Shown piece after piece: positions 45,878 to 56,184 of a DNA stretch of 64,000 bases; the first letter of the stretch is position 1, and every line of letters starts with the position of its first letter. Source of the DNA: a virus (taxonomy: Duplodnaviria; Caudoviricetes); IMG/VR virus record IMGVR_UViG_2775506814_000001, positions 3,716 through 67,715 of that record, one strand, 5' to 3'. Made by a program: the position numbers and the translations under genes. Below the pieces are notes generated by a model, which saw nothing but the letters and a program-made list of their open reading frames with translations, searched no databases and was not told the origin of the DNA.

Positions 45878-48800
45878 TACGACACCAGGCGCTTGAGCAG
45901 CGCTTTGTTCTTGGTGAGGACCGACATCACAGCCTTCTCACCTTGCGCACTTTCGACCATGGATTTCGCAAACTCGGGATCGAGCGTGACGATGTTGCGG
46001 ATGGCCTGGATGCCGCCACCGCCTTGGGCTTGTGACGGGCCAATGTTATCGGAATGGCGTGGGTCGTTCTTGGTCAGCACTTCCTCGCCCGTCTGAAGCA
46101 CGGCCGGCACTTCGCCGGGGCCGAGCCCGACCTTGCCACCCGTGTGATACCGGACCGCATCCCTGAACATGCTGATCGGCAGCACCCGTGACGAATTGCC
46201 GATACCGATCGTATTCGTTCCAACCTTGCCTCCTGTGTGACCTGTTGGAACGGTGCCGCCCAGAGCCTTGGCCGCTGTGCCAATGGGACCGCCGAACCCC
46301 GCCAAAGCATTCAGGATCGCCTGCTTGAGGATCATCACAGCGATTTCACGCAGGAAGTCGGCGGCGAACTGAAGGAATGCGGAACCGAGAGCCTGAAAGG
46401 CGTTCGCACCATTGGCGACCGCCTGAGCGAAATTCTCGAATGCTCCGACAAGTCCGTCAGCGAATGAGCCAACCAGTCGCTCGCTCTGCGTCGCGGTCAG
46501 CCCGAGAGCATTCGTCTTCTGCTCGATAACCTCGATGCGCTGGCCGGCTGTCTTGGCTTTCTCGGCCAGCGCATCGAGCGTCATCAGTTTTGCTGCTGCG
46601 CCAGAACCGCCGATCTCTTCCCACATGGCCCGCGCATTCTCGATCGCCGCCAGCAACTGGCTGTTGATTTCGAGAATCTGGTTCTTGAGCTGTTCGGTGT
46701 TGTCGGTATTCCCGGTGTCATAGGCCTGCTTAAACTGAGCGATGAGCGCGTTGCGCTTCGTTTCGAGCGCCTGCGCCTGAGCCAGTGCGGCATTGGCCTC
46801 CTTCGTGGCATCACGACCATCACGCTTCGCCTTGACGAGTTCGTACTCGGCAGCCGCAGCAGCCTTGATCTGCGCGACCTGCTCGGCGGTCAGCTCGTAT
46901 TCGGCTTCCTTCGCCCGGCGCTGTTCCTGCGACAGGCGCTTCTGGATGAAACCTTCCTTGGAGAGGTTGCCGGCGTTGGCGTTCTCGTCCTCCTGAAGCT
47001 GGAGGCGGTTTTCGAGTTCCTTGTTGTAATCCTTCGCCTTCTCGGCGCGCTTGGCGTCGATATCGGCGATCTCTTTGTTGATGGCCGCCTCTTCCCGCGA
47101 CAGGCCAACCTTCTGCTGCGCCCAGGCGATGACTTCCTCGACCGTCTTGCCGGACAGGACGGAGGAGTTCGCAGCGACGGCATCAGCGCTCAGGACATCG
47201 GAGGCCTGCGTTCCGCGATTGGCCGACAGCACCTTGACGGCGCCGTTCGGGCCGAGAAAATGCGCGAGATAGAGATTGGCGTCGGTGACCGCTGCGCCAG
47301 CGTCCTTGAGGATCTTGGCGTTCTCCTGAACATAGAGCGCGATCATCTCACGAGAGATTTTCTCGCTCTTGCGCAGTTCCAGGATTGCCGCATCCGTCAT
47401 CGACTGAGCGCGGTCAGGGAAGTTCTCCTTGAACAGCTTCAGCCATGTCTCTTCGATGAACTGACCTACCCCCGTTGCGGTCGAGTTCTTGTTCTTGGCG
47501 TAGGGGTTGCCACCGCTTTCCGCGCCGATAATCGCGTCGACGATGCCGCTCGAACTGTCGATGGAGTTTTCCAGGATGGCCGCAGAAGCGCGATTGTAGC
47601 GCTCGGTGATGATGCGCACCTGGTCGAGCGAACGAGCGAGTTTGACCGCATCCTGATACTGCTTGTTGAGGCCATCCAGCTCTTCGATACGCTTCAACTC
47701 GTCGGCGATGCTCGGCACGAGTTTGTCCATCTCGTGCAAGGCTTCCACGAGGCGCCGGGCGTCCTCGGCAGCCATCTTGCGGAAAGCCGTCGAGGCATCA
47801 TCCGTTGCGGTCGTCAGCGTCTGGATCGTCGTTCCGGTACGCTGCAGGATCTCTGTCACACGGTCGCTTGTGTCACCAAGCTCCTTCGCCGTGAGCGCTG
47901 CCGCGCCAAGCTGTTGCTCGGCCTCTTTCGCATTGCGGCCGGACTCAAGTAGCTGCTCGGCCCATTGGCGCACGCCGTCGCTATCGATGGCGTCGTAGAG
48001 GGATTCGATCTGCGCAACGTAATCCCTGGCCGTGAGCTTGCCGTTGATGAACGCTGTCCGGATGTCCCGCAACTGGGTGACAAGCTGGCGCTGCTCGGAG
48101 CTGCCGCGGCGGATCGAATTGAAGGAGAAAAAATCGCCTCCCGAAATGCCGGACACCGTCTTTTTGATGTCCTCGAACCGCTTCTCCATCTGGCGCAGGT
48201 TCGCCACAGCCTGGTCAAGCGTGACGTTCTCGATCGCCTTGGCCCACTCCTCGGTCTTTCCGCGAACCTTGTCGTAGGCCTTCACGACCTCATCCATGAT
48301 CCGCTTATGCTCGTCGATCGCCGATGTCGTGTCATCGATCTTCGTGAGCCAAGAGCCGATCGCCAACGTCACGCCGGTCAGAATGAGACCGGGCAGCCCG
48401 CCGATAGCGGTCCAGAGAATGCGGAATGTGCCGGCAGCCAGTGCCGCGACAGACTGGAGGCTTGCGATGGCAATCCGAAGCGCGAGGAAACGCCCACCAG
48501 CCGTGCCCGCAACGACCGTCGCCACGCGCAACTGAGCATTGATGGCGGCCAGTGCTCCCGTGCCGGACCGCAGCGTGCCGACAAGGGTATTCCATCTGAC
48601 GCGAGCCGCTTCGACGGTCGATGCCCACGTGAACAGGCTACGGTTCGTCGCCACCGTCTGCGCCGCTGTCGCCCGCAGCGCTGTGACGAGGTTCGAGAGC
48701 CCTTGCGCGGCCTTGATCGTTGCAATGACGGCGAGGACTTTGGCGAGGTCGTCCGCATAGGGGAGAAGGGTGACAATCCCATCCGTCAGATGACCGAGAA

Positions 48801-51006
48801 CGGCGCCCAGACCGAGGAAGAAATCCCGACCTTCACGGCTGCGGAATTGCTCATTGAGTTTGCGCAGGCCATTGGTGAATGACTCAAGAAAGCCACCATC
48901 GGCCACGCGCTTCTGCGCCTCGAAGACATTGTTATCGAAGCGTCCGATTTCGGCGGTCGTCTGCTCGATCGAGGCGGCGAGCTGCGGTCCGAATTCCTTG
49001 TTCAGCTGGTCGGCAAACTTGAGCAGTGTGCTCTGGTTGGCAAAAACCTCACCCTTGCGCAGCATGTCGTCGAGTTGCGCGGTCGAGACGCCGATCGCCT
49101 TGGCGAACAGGCTGAAGGCACCGGGCAGGCGGTCGCCCATCTGGCGGCGCAGTTCTTCGGAACTGACCTTGCCCTTCGAGATCATCTGTTCAAGGGCAAG
49201 GAACGTGCCCTCAAGCTGATCGATCGAAAGCTTGTTGACGCGGCCGGCTTCGGCCACGCTCAGGAAGATCTTGCGCGTCGCATCGGATGTAAAATTCGCG
49301 GTCTTCGCTGCGACGGCGAATTTGGTGTACTGGTCGCTGAGAATGCCGAAGGAAATGCCGAGCCGGTCGGCGTTCTGTTGCAGGAAGTCCAGTTCCTGAG
49401 AGATGCGGGCCGTATCGCGCTCGAACACCACGCCCAGGCGGCTTTGAGCGCCTTCAATCTCCTGAAAGGCGTTGACCACACCACCGACATTCTGCAGCGC
49501 GCTCTGCAGTCCGATATAGGCGGCGGCAATCGACAGCACCTGACCACGCAGGCGCTGGAACAGGGAAAGTGACTGCCTCGAGTCAGAGTAGAAGCCATTG
49601 AACGCCGAGCGGAGGCGGTTTGCACTTTGCGTCGCCTGATCGGAAGCTCCGGCCGCGGACTTGACGGCAGGCGCCATGGCCTTGATCGGGGGGAGCGCAG
49701 CCAGTGTAGCGCCGCGAAGCCGCTGCTGCGCTTCAGCCCCCTGATTAGCGGCGCGGGTTTGAGCAGCCAGTGCGCGGACCTGGGCGTTGGCCGACTTCTG
49801 CTGTTCCGTTGCCGTGGCGGCCAGGAATTTCGTGATGCTCGATTGCGTCGCCGAGGTCTTGCGCAGAGCGATCGAGTTCTGTTCGTAGGCCTTTGCGGCA
49901 AGCTGTGCTTTTGCCTGCGCCTTGCCGAGGGCGTCGCCGAGCGCTTCGGTCGGAACCTCGGCGGCCTTCATTTCGGCGGCAAGGCGGCGAACCTCGGCCT
50001 GCGCCTCGACATAGGTGCGCCGCGATTCCAGAAGCCCGCGCCGGTCAGTCGCGACGGGCGCCACCGTCGAACTGTTCAGTGTTTCAAGCTGCGCCTTGAC
50101 GCGCGCCGTCTCGGCAGCCGTTCGCGCGAGCGCCTTCCCGACATCGCCCTGGCTGGCGGCAAAACCGGCCACTGCCGTGGACGCCCTCTCGGCAACCGCG
50201 GCAAGCTGCGAATATTCGTCCCTCGCCTTCGTGAGGGCGTCCCGGCTGACCTTGAGTTGGGTATTCTGTTTCTGCGTCGCGTCACCGAATTCCCGCTCGA
50301 CGCGGGCGGCCACAGTCAGGCGCGGTTTCAGTTCGGCGAGAGCGGTCGAGGACCGGTCAATTTCGGCGGTATATTCGCGAACCGCCGCAGCGGCCTTCTC
50401 CTGGCGCCGCTGCGCCTGCTCCAGCTCCGTATTAATGAACACACCGGCCGACGCCCGAGCCGACGACTGTGGCGCACCGGAATCGAGGCCTACGCCCTTC
50501 GTCGCGCGTTGACCCTTGATCACCGCGTTGTTGTAGGCCTCCTGCGCTCGTTGGGCCTTGGTCAGGGCACTGTCGGCTTGCCGCAGTTCTCGGTTGGCCT
50601 CGGCGCGGGCTTTCGTGGCGTCCTTGTTCGCAGCCTCTTCCGCAGCGATCTGCGCGCGCAGCCTGACGAGTTTCTGTTGGGCCGACTGCGATTCACGGGC
50701 GAGACGGGCAAGTTCGCCCGCCGACTGCTCGACAGAGCCTTTGAGGGACTTGACTGCCGCCGTGGCGGCACCGAGTTCATCGCCAATCTGCTTGAAAGCG
50801 TTGAGAGCCTTGCTCTGGCGGGCGAGCGAGCCGAGCGCCGTGCCGAGTTCGCCAATGACCGAGTTTGTCTTCTTGGCCTCTCCGCCCGTCTCCTTGGTCG
50901 CAGAAACGAAATCCTCGAAGGCACTGGTGATCGTATCCAGCGCCTTCGAGGCTGCGTCTCTCGCTTTGACGATGAGTTCGACTTCGTTCTGCCGTTTAGC
51001 CACCAC
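45877..51006 (-). CDS. Tape measure protein with lytic transglycosylase domain
   Basis: 1709 aa, Ala-rich; QMISKGKVSSEELRRQMGDRLPGAF; AESGG...ATGVGQF...YLAHFLG. Confidence 0.93.
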   Translation of the reverse strand: MVAKRQNEVELIVKARDAASKALDTITSAFEDFVSATKETGGEAKKTNSVIGELGTALGSLARQSKALNAFKQIGDELGAATAAVKSLKGSVEQSAGELARLARESQSAQQKLVRLRAQIAAEEAANKDATKARAEANRELRQADSALTKAQRAQEAYNNAVIKGQRATKGVGLDSGAPQSSARASAGVFINTELEQAQRRQEKAAAAVREYTAEIDRSSTALAELKPRLTVAARVEREFGDATQKQNTQLKVSRDALTKARDEYSQLAAVAERASTAVAGFAASQGDVGKALARTAAETARVKAQLETLNSSTVAPVATDRRGLLESRRTYVEAQAEVRRLAAEMKAAEVPTEALGDALGKAQAKAQLAAKAYEQNSIALRKTSATQSSITKFLAATATEQQKSANAQVRALAAQTRAANQGAEAQQRLRGATLAALPPIKAMAPAVKSAAGASDQATQSANRLRSAFNGFYSDSRQSLSLFQRLRGQVLSIAAAYIGLQSALQNVGGVVNAFQEIEGAQSRLGVVFERDTARISQELDFLQQNADRLGISFGILSDQYTKFAVAAKTANFTSDATRKIFLSVAEAGRVNKLSIDQLEGTFLALEQMISKGKVSSEELRRQMGDRLPGAFSLFAKAIGVSTAQLDDMLRKGEVFANQSTLLKFADQLNKEFGPQLAASIEQTTAEIGRFDNNVFEAQKRVADGGFLESFTNGLRKLNEQFRSREGRDFFLGLGAVLGHLTDGIVTLLPYADDLAKVLAVIATIKAAQGLSNLVTALRATAAQTVATNRSLFTWASTVEAARVRWNTLVGTLRSGTGALAAINAQLRVATVVAGTAGGRFLALRIAIASLQSVAALAAGTFRILWTAIGGLPGLILTGVTLAIGSWLTKIDDTTSAIDEHKRIMDEVVKAYDKVRGKTEEWAKAIENVTLDQAVANLRQMEKRFEDIKKTVSGISGGDFFSFNSIRRGSSEQRQLVTQLRDIRTAFINGKLTARDYVAQIESLYDAIDSDGVRQWAEQLLESGRNAKEAEQQLGAAALTAKELGDTSDRVTEILQRTGTTIQTLTTATDDASTAFRKMAAEDARRLVEALHEMDKLVPSIADELKRIEELDGLNKQYQDAVKLARSLDQVRIITERYNRASAAILENSIDSSSGIVDAIIGAESGGNPYAKNKNSTATGVGQFIEETWLKLFKENFPDRAQSMTDAAILELRKSEKISREMIALYVQENAKILKDAGAAVTDANLYLAHFLGPNGAVKVLSANRGTQASDVLSADAVAANSSVLSGKTVEEVIAWAQQKVGLSREEAAINKEIADIDAKRAEKAKDYNKELENRLQLQEDENANAGNLSKEGFIQKRLSQEQRRAKEAEYELTAEQVAQIKAAAAAEYELVKAKRDGRDATKEANAALAQAQALETKRNALIAQFKQAYDTGNTDNTEQLKNQILEINSQLLAAIENARAMWEEIGGSGAAAKLMTLDALAEKAKTAGQRIEVIEQKTNALGLTATQSERLVGSFADGLVGAFENFAQAVANGANAFQALGSAFLQFAADFLREIAVMILKQAILNALAGFGGPIGTAAKALGGTVPTGHTGGKVGTNTIGIGNSSRVLPISMFRDAVRYHTGGKVGLGPGEVPAVLQTGEEVLTKNDPRHSDNIGPSQAQGGGGIQAIRNIVTLDPEFAKSMVESAQGEKAVMSVLTKNKALLKRLVS

Positions 51007-51286
51007 CGAGTTCCTTGAGCAGTCTGGTCAGTTTCTCGTTGGCCGAACGGCCCTTGTCTTTTGCCCAAATCGCTGCGGCGATCGACGAAATCACCGCATG
51101 GGTCAGCGTCGCCTCGCTAGCCAGCTGTCGGTTGGCTCGTTCAACAATTAGTTGATATTCCTCCCAAACCTCGGCGACGGTGTAGGACTTGGCGTCCTGG
51201 TGTCCGTGTGCCAGCAGATGGCTGACCTGCGCGCGCAGACCCCGGACGAACTCGATCAGGTCTGGCGCTTCTTGGTTGCCTTTGCC
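50996..51286 (-). CDS. Tail assembly chaperone T-segment (probably reached by -1 frameshift)
   Basis: -1 frame reads GLRAQVSHLLAHGHQDAKSYTVAEVW...LLKELGGG* with no ATG. Confidence 0.65.
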   Translation of the reverse strand, partial: GKGNQEAPDLIEFVRGLRAQVSHLLAHGHQDAKSYTVAEVWEEYQLIVERANRQLASEATLTHAVISSIAAAIWAKDKGRSANEKLTRLLKELGGG

Positions 51287-51696
51287 AGACCGTCCGCGTT
51301 TTGCGCCAGGCGCGTGACGGTCCGCATGAAATTTTCGAAACCACCGCTCATCGCGAAGGACAGGCGGCCGATCGCCTCAAGGGCTGCCACCTGCACATCG
51401 ATCGGCAGGTTCTGCGCTCCCTCGACGTTCTCCGGTTCATCGGCCGCCATGGCGATGATCATCGCCATGGCGGCCGGAAACTTGCTGATGAATTCCAAGG
51501 CCATGCCCTCGACCGTCGCATCGGTCAGAAGCTTGGCGTCTCGGCCGGTGAACTTGTCGTAGATCGCACGGGCTTCGTTGGTGTAGGCCGAAACGAACGC
51601 CATGATGTGGGGCGTCGTAAGACCATGAACCTCGACGGACCCGCCGTCGAATGAGATGGTTTCGATTTTCAGGGTGTGATTGATAGCCACGCTCAA
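51256..51696 (-). CDS. Tail assembly chaperone (G-like)
   Basis: Between the major tail and tape measure genes. Confidence 0.85.
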   Translation of the reverse strand: MSVAINHTLKIETISFDGGSVEVHGLTTPHIMAFVSAYTNEARAIYDKFTGRDAKLLTDATVEGMALEFISKFPAAMAMIIAMAADEPENVEGAQNLPIDVQVAALEAIGRLSFAMSGGFENFMRTVTRLAQNADGLAKATKKRQT

Positions 51697-51719
51697 ACTC
51701 CTTCAGTGGCTGACGACCG

Positions 51720-52517
51720 TCAGGCCGGCACGTAGGGCAGACCGTTGAGGTAGATGGCTTCGAGATTGCCCTTGCGCAGGATGTCCAGTGTGAATGGAAT
51801 CTGCTGCCAGTCGTCGCCCTTGAGGTTGTAGTCACCATTCGGCGCCAGCGTGACGTGAGGCATCGTGAACACGCGGTCAGGACCGGTGGCGTTCCTGGTG
51901 ATGAACTTCAGCGCGCCCTCGACCTTCTCCGAGCCCGACAGCACCCGGTCGTAGGACGAGGCCGTGACGGTGTAGTCGACCTCAAGGTTGGTCCCTTCGG
52001 TGATGGCGCCGCCTTCGACGATCGTCAGATGGCCGCGTTCACCGTCGAGCACGTAGTCATCGCCTGCCGTGAAGGTGACCGGGGTCGGCGTGGTGTCGTC
52101 ATTCACGACAAATCCACTGGCCGCGATATTCAGGTCACCGATCGGATTGCTGGCACTTTCGCCGAGCTGATAGGTGCGGCCGGGAATGGCATCCGGGATC
52201 GAGAAGCCGGTGACGGCGCCGCCCGCCTGCGCAACGGTCTCCTTGCCGGCAGCCGAGAAGAAGAAATAGCTGAGGTTGTCGAGATCGATCTCGTCCGCGA
52301 CCATCTGACCGGTGCGGTTGACTTCGAGCGTGATCGACAGATCCTTCTCACGAATGCCGCGGTCCGAGTTGTAGTGGTCCTGCGCCTGCGACTCGATGGT
52401 GAGGCCGAACTCGGGCGTGTTGCCGAGGTAGCGATACCCTTCCGGCGTCTGCGTGCCGTCCTTGAAACGCCCGAAGAGCACTTCGCCACGGCCAAGGACA
52501 TAGTTTTCCGAACCCAT
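51720..52517 (-). CDS. Major tail protein
   Basis: NYVLGRGE..F, RYLGNTPEF, DHYNSD.G, Chi-type. Confidence 0.88.
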   Translation of the reverse strand: MGSENYVLGRGEVLFGRFKDGTQTPEGYRYLGNTPEFGLTIESQAQDHYNSDRGIREKDLSITLEVNRTGQMVADEIDLDNLSYFFFSAAGKETVAQAGGAVTGFSIPDAIPGRTYQLGESASNPIGDLNIAASGFVVNDDTTPTPVTFTAGDDYVLDGERGHLTIVEGGAITEGTNLEVDYTVTASSYDRVLSGSEKVEGALKFITRNATGPDRVFTMPHVTLAPNGDYNLKGDDWQQIPFTLDILRKGNLEAIYLNGLPYVPA

Positions 52518-52561
52518 GTCATCCACTCCTGCTTGAATAGTCACGATTTAGTTGAACACTT

Positions 52562-53083
52562 TTACCCGAACGGATCGCTGATGTCTTCCACGATCTTCAG
52601 CGTCAGGCGCGTCCAGAAATACGCCTTGTTGGATATCTCATCGGCAGGACGCACGATCGGACTCCCGATGAGGATGCCCTCCACACGGTTCTTCATATCC
52701 CGCTTGTTCATACCGAGCGGATCAAAGCCCCGTTCCGGGGCCTGCGCCTTGCGGCCGGCCTCGATCGCGAGGCGGCGGCACACTTCGGCCGCAAGGGTAT
52801 GTGCTGGATCCGTGGGATTGTTCGGGTCGTCCTTCACGAACCCTTGGATTAACATCTCCCATTCGCGCGCCATCGCACTGGCTGCAACAGGGGTTGGCAA
52901 GTCCCGATGCTCGGTGTGCGGTTCGAGAATGCTGACCATCGTCACTGGGTCAGTTGAGCCGAATATGGAGCGGCCCCGAAAGACGGACGCCGACAGATCG
53001 TTCACATACCCGTTGTCTGGAGTAATCTCCTGGAGGACAGCAGTGAGCGCCTTGGCGGCGCGCAGGCGAAACGGGTCGGTCAC
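52562..53083 (-). CDS. Tail terminator
   Basis: VFRGR..FG..DP...VSILE, QGFV.DD..NPTDPA. Confidence 0.8.
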   Translation of the reverse strand: MTDPFRLRAAKALTAVLQEITPDNGYVNDLSASVFRGRSIFGSTDPVTMVSILEPHTEHRDLPTPVAASAMAREWEMLIQGFVKDDPNNPTDPAHTLAAEVCRRLAIEAGRKAQAPERGFDPLGMNKRDMKNRVEGILIGSPIVRPADEISNKAYFWTRLTLKIVEDISDPFG

Positions 53084-53664
53084 AGGTCCAACTCCAGCAG
53101 CCGCGTGAACTCGTTCGTCATGAACGCTTCCACGTCATCACGGATCATTTCGCGCGTTTGGTTGAAAACCTCGGCCACGTCCGGGCCGTACAAAAGGTAG
53201 AGATTTTCGGCAATTTGCTTGGCGCCCAACGACGGACGACGACCGCTCTTCGTCCGGAGAGCCAGACCGATGTTGCCATTCTTCAGCCTGATCGCGAAAG
53301 CGCCGGGCATCCGCTTGGCAATTCCCGGATCGACCTCTACCGTGACACCGCCGCGTGTTCCGGGCTTCGCGCCGCCGACGACAAAACGCGCCAGTGATGT
53401 AGGGCGGTCGCGCCCGGTGATCTTTGCCGTCAAATCGGTGCTGTCGGCAAACTTCGTGATCGAGAGACGGCCATTGTTACCGGTCAGATACCCGCGGGGA
53501 AACCTGATCTGCTGTTCCATCGACCGCGCCGCAAGTGACTGCGCGCGCCGGGTTGCCGCATTGACCGCAAGCTTGGCGGTCTTCAAGACCTTGTCGTCGA
53601 GCTGACTGATATCCGAAAGACCTGTCAGCCCCTCGATCGCCACGGCAAAGTAGTCGGCAGGCAT
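53080..53664 (-). CDS. Tail completion / minor tail Z-like protein
   Basis: R.TSLARF, LLYGP.V. Confidence 0.8.
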   Translation of the reverse strand: MPADYFAVAIEGLTGLSDISQLDDKVLKTAKLAVNAATRRAQSLAARSMEQQIRFPRGYLTGNNGRLSITKFADSTDLTAKITGRDRPTSLARFVVGGAKPGTRGGVTVEVDPGIAKRMPGAFAIRLKNGNIGLALRTKSGRRPSLGAKQIAENLYLLYGPDVAEVFNQTREMIRDDVEAFMTNEFTRLLELDL

Positions 53665-54039
53665 TCAGGCACCCTCCGGAACCGGCAGCCCGGCAAGTTC
53701 GCTGCCAAGGAGGCGCGTTGCCGTGGCCGTGATCGTCAAACCGTCCGGCTCGCTCACCACGGCAAGTCGGTAAGCTTCATCCGTGCTGATGGAAATGACG
53801 GCGTTGCGGGCAGGTACGGGAATCTCGGAGCGCATGAAGAGGATCTTCGGCTCGACTTCCTCGCGCTCGGCGAAATCGCTTGAGGCGATCAGCCCGCCGA
53901 TAGCGTTGAATTTCGAATGAACGCGCACATAGCAGTCAACCGGATCGGAACCGGGCAGCGCGATATAGAGCGCGCGGACCTTCAAGTGTTCATGAATGTC
54001 CGCGCGAGCCCTGCTCTTTATGTCGCGAAACGACGCCAA
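53665..54039 (-). CDS. Head-tail joining protein
   Basis: Position; FRDIK.RAR.DIH....V.ALY. Confidence 0.75.
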   Translation of the reverse strand: MASFRDIKSRARADIHEHLKVRALYIALPGSDPVDCYVRVHSKFNAIGGLIASSDFAEREEVEPKILFMRSEIPVPARNAVISISTDEAYRLAVVSEPDGLTITATATRLLGSELAGLPVPEGA

Positions 54040-54468
54040 TTACATCTCGTCGTCGTTGTCGGAACCGGTGTTGCCGGCGCCGTCGTTGTCGGTCGTCTCG
54101 GTCGTCTCGGTACCGGCGTTCTCGGTCTTCGCGACCTTCTCCGCCTTCGGCTTCCGACCGCCACGCCCCTTCACCGCATTCGGATCCCCCGCAGCCCCGG
54201 ACGAGGGTGGATTCACGGTCTGCGCCGGAGCACTTTCGACGACCTTTGCCGGAGCGGCCATCTTGCCGTTGCGGCGCTCGAAGATCGCGATCTCATCGTC
54301 GGTCGCCTTGCGCGCCGCCTGCAGGCCCTCGAGTCGCGCGAACTCGTCTTCGGGACACATGAACAGGCTGATGTCCTTCTTGGTCGAGGCCGGGACGACC
54401 TCCGGTGCGCCTTTCTCCTTGCGATGGATCGTGCAAATCGCGAAGGCCGTGATCAATGCTGCTGCCAT
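54040..54468 (-). CDS. Hypothetical protein (post-capsid, disordered C-terminus)
   Basis: SD GGAG; position after the capsid gene. Confidence 0.75.
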   Translation of the reverse strand: MAAALITAFAICTIHRKEKGAPEVVPASTKKDISLFMCPEDEFARLEGLQAARKATDDEIAIFERRNGKMAAPAKVVESAPAQTVNPPSSGAAGDPNAVKGRGGRKPKAEKVAKTENAGTETTETTDNDGAGNTGSDNDDEM

Positions 54469-54505
54469 GTCAGATCTCCAGGGTGTTCACTATTTGGTTG
54501 AAAGA

Positions 54506-54528
54506 GCAGGCGGCACGGTGCCGCCTGC
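54506..54528 (-). terminator. Hairpin after the major capsid gene
   Basis: GCAGGCGGCA-cgg-TGCCGCCTGC followed by TCTTT on the minus strand. Confidence 0.65.
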
Positions 54529-54537
54529 AGTGAGAGG

Positions 54538-55632
54538 TCAGGCGAGCACGCGCGCCTTGAACGTGCGGTTCGGATAGAGCGGGATGGGCAGCGGCGAGGA
54601 CTGATGCATCAGCATCACGTCGCCGGGGTCCTTCGTCATCCACATCTTGGCGTAGACATCGGTCGAGACCATGCCTTCCATCATGGCGTCCGCGTCGTAG
54701 ATGGCACCATGGGCGAGAACGCCCGTGGCGCCGGGGGCGACCAGGCAGATGTCCTTCTCGTTGAAAAGATCGATCTTGGTCTTGCCACCAGACCCGTCCG
54801 GAATGTCGATCGTATCCTTGTAGGTCCACACTTCGAGCGTGGTCGACAGACGGCCGACATACTGCAACGGGCGCTCGATATTCATGATACCGAGGTCCAT
54901 CTGGACCGAGTTGTTGCCGCGATAGTTGGTGTCGAGCGCGGCCTTGACGCCCGTGTTCTTCCGGAAGAGCGGCGCAACCTGCGCGCCGACGATCATCATG
55001 GTGGGAGCACCACCGCCACGGGCAAGATACATGGTGTTGGACCACGTTTCGACATCGCCCATGATGTCGGTCGACGGATCGTTCCAGTAGTCTGCGCTCT
55101 TGACGACCGTATGGCCCGCGGCACGGCCGAAGTCGAGAAGCACATCCGGATTGGCGGCCCCCTGGTCGCGCTCGTACTGGATCAGCACCTTGCCGTCGAA
55201 AAACGCGCGGCAGGCCATCCAGATTCTCCGGACATCGATCGCACGAAGATGGATGCCGGAAACCTCGACGACGCGCTGATTGAAGCGCTCTTCGAGCGAC
55301 GGCTTCGCCCCGCGATTGCGGAAAATCTCGCTCGGCTTCAGGTTCTTCGCATCAACCGCCCGGACACGATCCTTGAGCTTGATGTAAGGCGGGGTGAAGG
55401 CCGAGATGTCTTCGCCCTTGGCATAGGCGATCGGCTTGCCCTGCTCGTAGGGCAGCACGAACGGCGCCAGGAAGCGATCGGCTTCGGGAAGATCGCCGAA
55501 CTTGATCTCGAAGTCTTCCGAATAGTATCGGCCGGTGAAGAAGGTGTCGAGAACCCACGAAGGCAGCGGGTCCATGCGGGGATCCGAACGAAGCATGAAA
55601 AGTTCTTCGTCGGTCCAGAGTTCAATTGCCAT
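54538..55632 (-). CDS. Major capsid protein (lambda E family)
   Basis: LAPFV.P..QG, F.PPYIK.K, QSSPLP.P. Confidence 0.93.
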   Translation of the reverse strand: MAIELWTDEELFMLRSDPRMDPLPSWVLDTFFTGRYYSEDFEIKFGDLPEADRFLAPFVLPYEQGKPIAYAKGEDISAFTPPYIKLKDRVRAVDAKNLKPSEIFRNRGAKPSLEERFNQRVVEVSGIHLRAIDVRRIWMACRAFFDGKVLIQYERDQGAANPDVLLDFGRAAGHTVVKSADYWNDPSTDIMGDVETWSNTMYLARGGGAPTMMIVGAQVAPLFRKNTGVKAALDTNYRGNNSVQMDLGIMNIERPLQYVGRLSTTLEVWTYKDTIDIPDGSGGKTKIDLFNEKDICLVAPGATGVLAHGAIYDADAMMEGMVSTDVYAKMWMTKDPGDVMLMHQSSPLPIPLYPNRTFKARVLA

Positions 55633-55692
55633 CGGTATAACCCTTCAAAGATTTGGCTCGTAGACCGAGCGAAGAGTGCGGAATGCCCCGGA

Positions 55693-56133
55693 TCAGGGAG
55701 CGGCGACGGTGGCCCCGGCACGAACCTTCTTGACCACGATCGCAGTCGGCGTCGGCGCTCCGCGGAACGCTTCCAGCTTCTTCTCCTCGGTGTCGTAGGA
55801 GGCAGGCCAGGCAATCATGTCCATGTTCAGGCAGCCCTGACGCAGCACGGGCTGACCCTGCAGCGGGGAGGCCGGCGTCGTGACGGGCCGAAGAAGGACG
55901 CCGATCGCCTGCGTCGTGCCGGAGACAGCGGGGATGAGATTCCCGGACCCGTCGAAGCCGACCGGAACGAACGCAGTGGCGAACGTCTGACTGGCGGCGA
56001 TGACCATGTCGTCGGTCACGACGGGCGGCGTATCGCCGACGATGAGGCCTTCGGCAACGGGTTCGATCGTATCCGCCCACTGGGACGGAACGCCGGCATC
56101 GGATGCCGCATAAGGCGGGGTGATTGTAACCAT
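55693..56133 (-). CDS. Head decoration protein (lambda D family)
   Basis: AIGVL...G.LN...IAWP; precedes the capsid gene. Confidence 0.85.
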   Translation of the reverse strand: MVTITPPYAASDAGVPSQWADTIEPVAEGLIVGDTPPVVTDDMVIAASQTFATAFVPVGFDGSGNLIPAVSGTTQAIGVLLRPVTTPASPLQGQPVLRQGCLNMDMIAWPASYDTEEKKLEAFRGAPTPTAIVVKKVRAGATVAAP

Positions 56134-56184
56134 CGTTGTTCACCTATTCACTAATTGGTTGAACAGAAGGGCGCAAGTTGGCCG

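Noticed and set aside
54604-56154. Long plus-strand ORFs opposite structural genes (also 49627-51018, 51855-53108, 58085-59257, 30503-31561)
   Set aside because: Antisense shadows typical of high-GC codon usage; no motifs or SDs.
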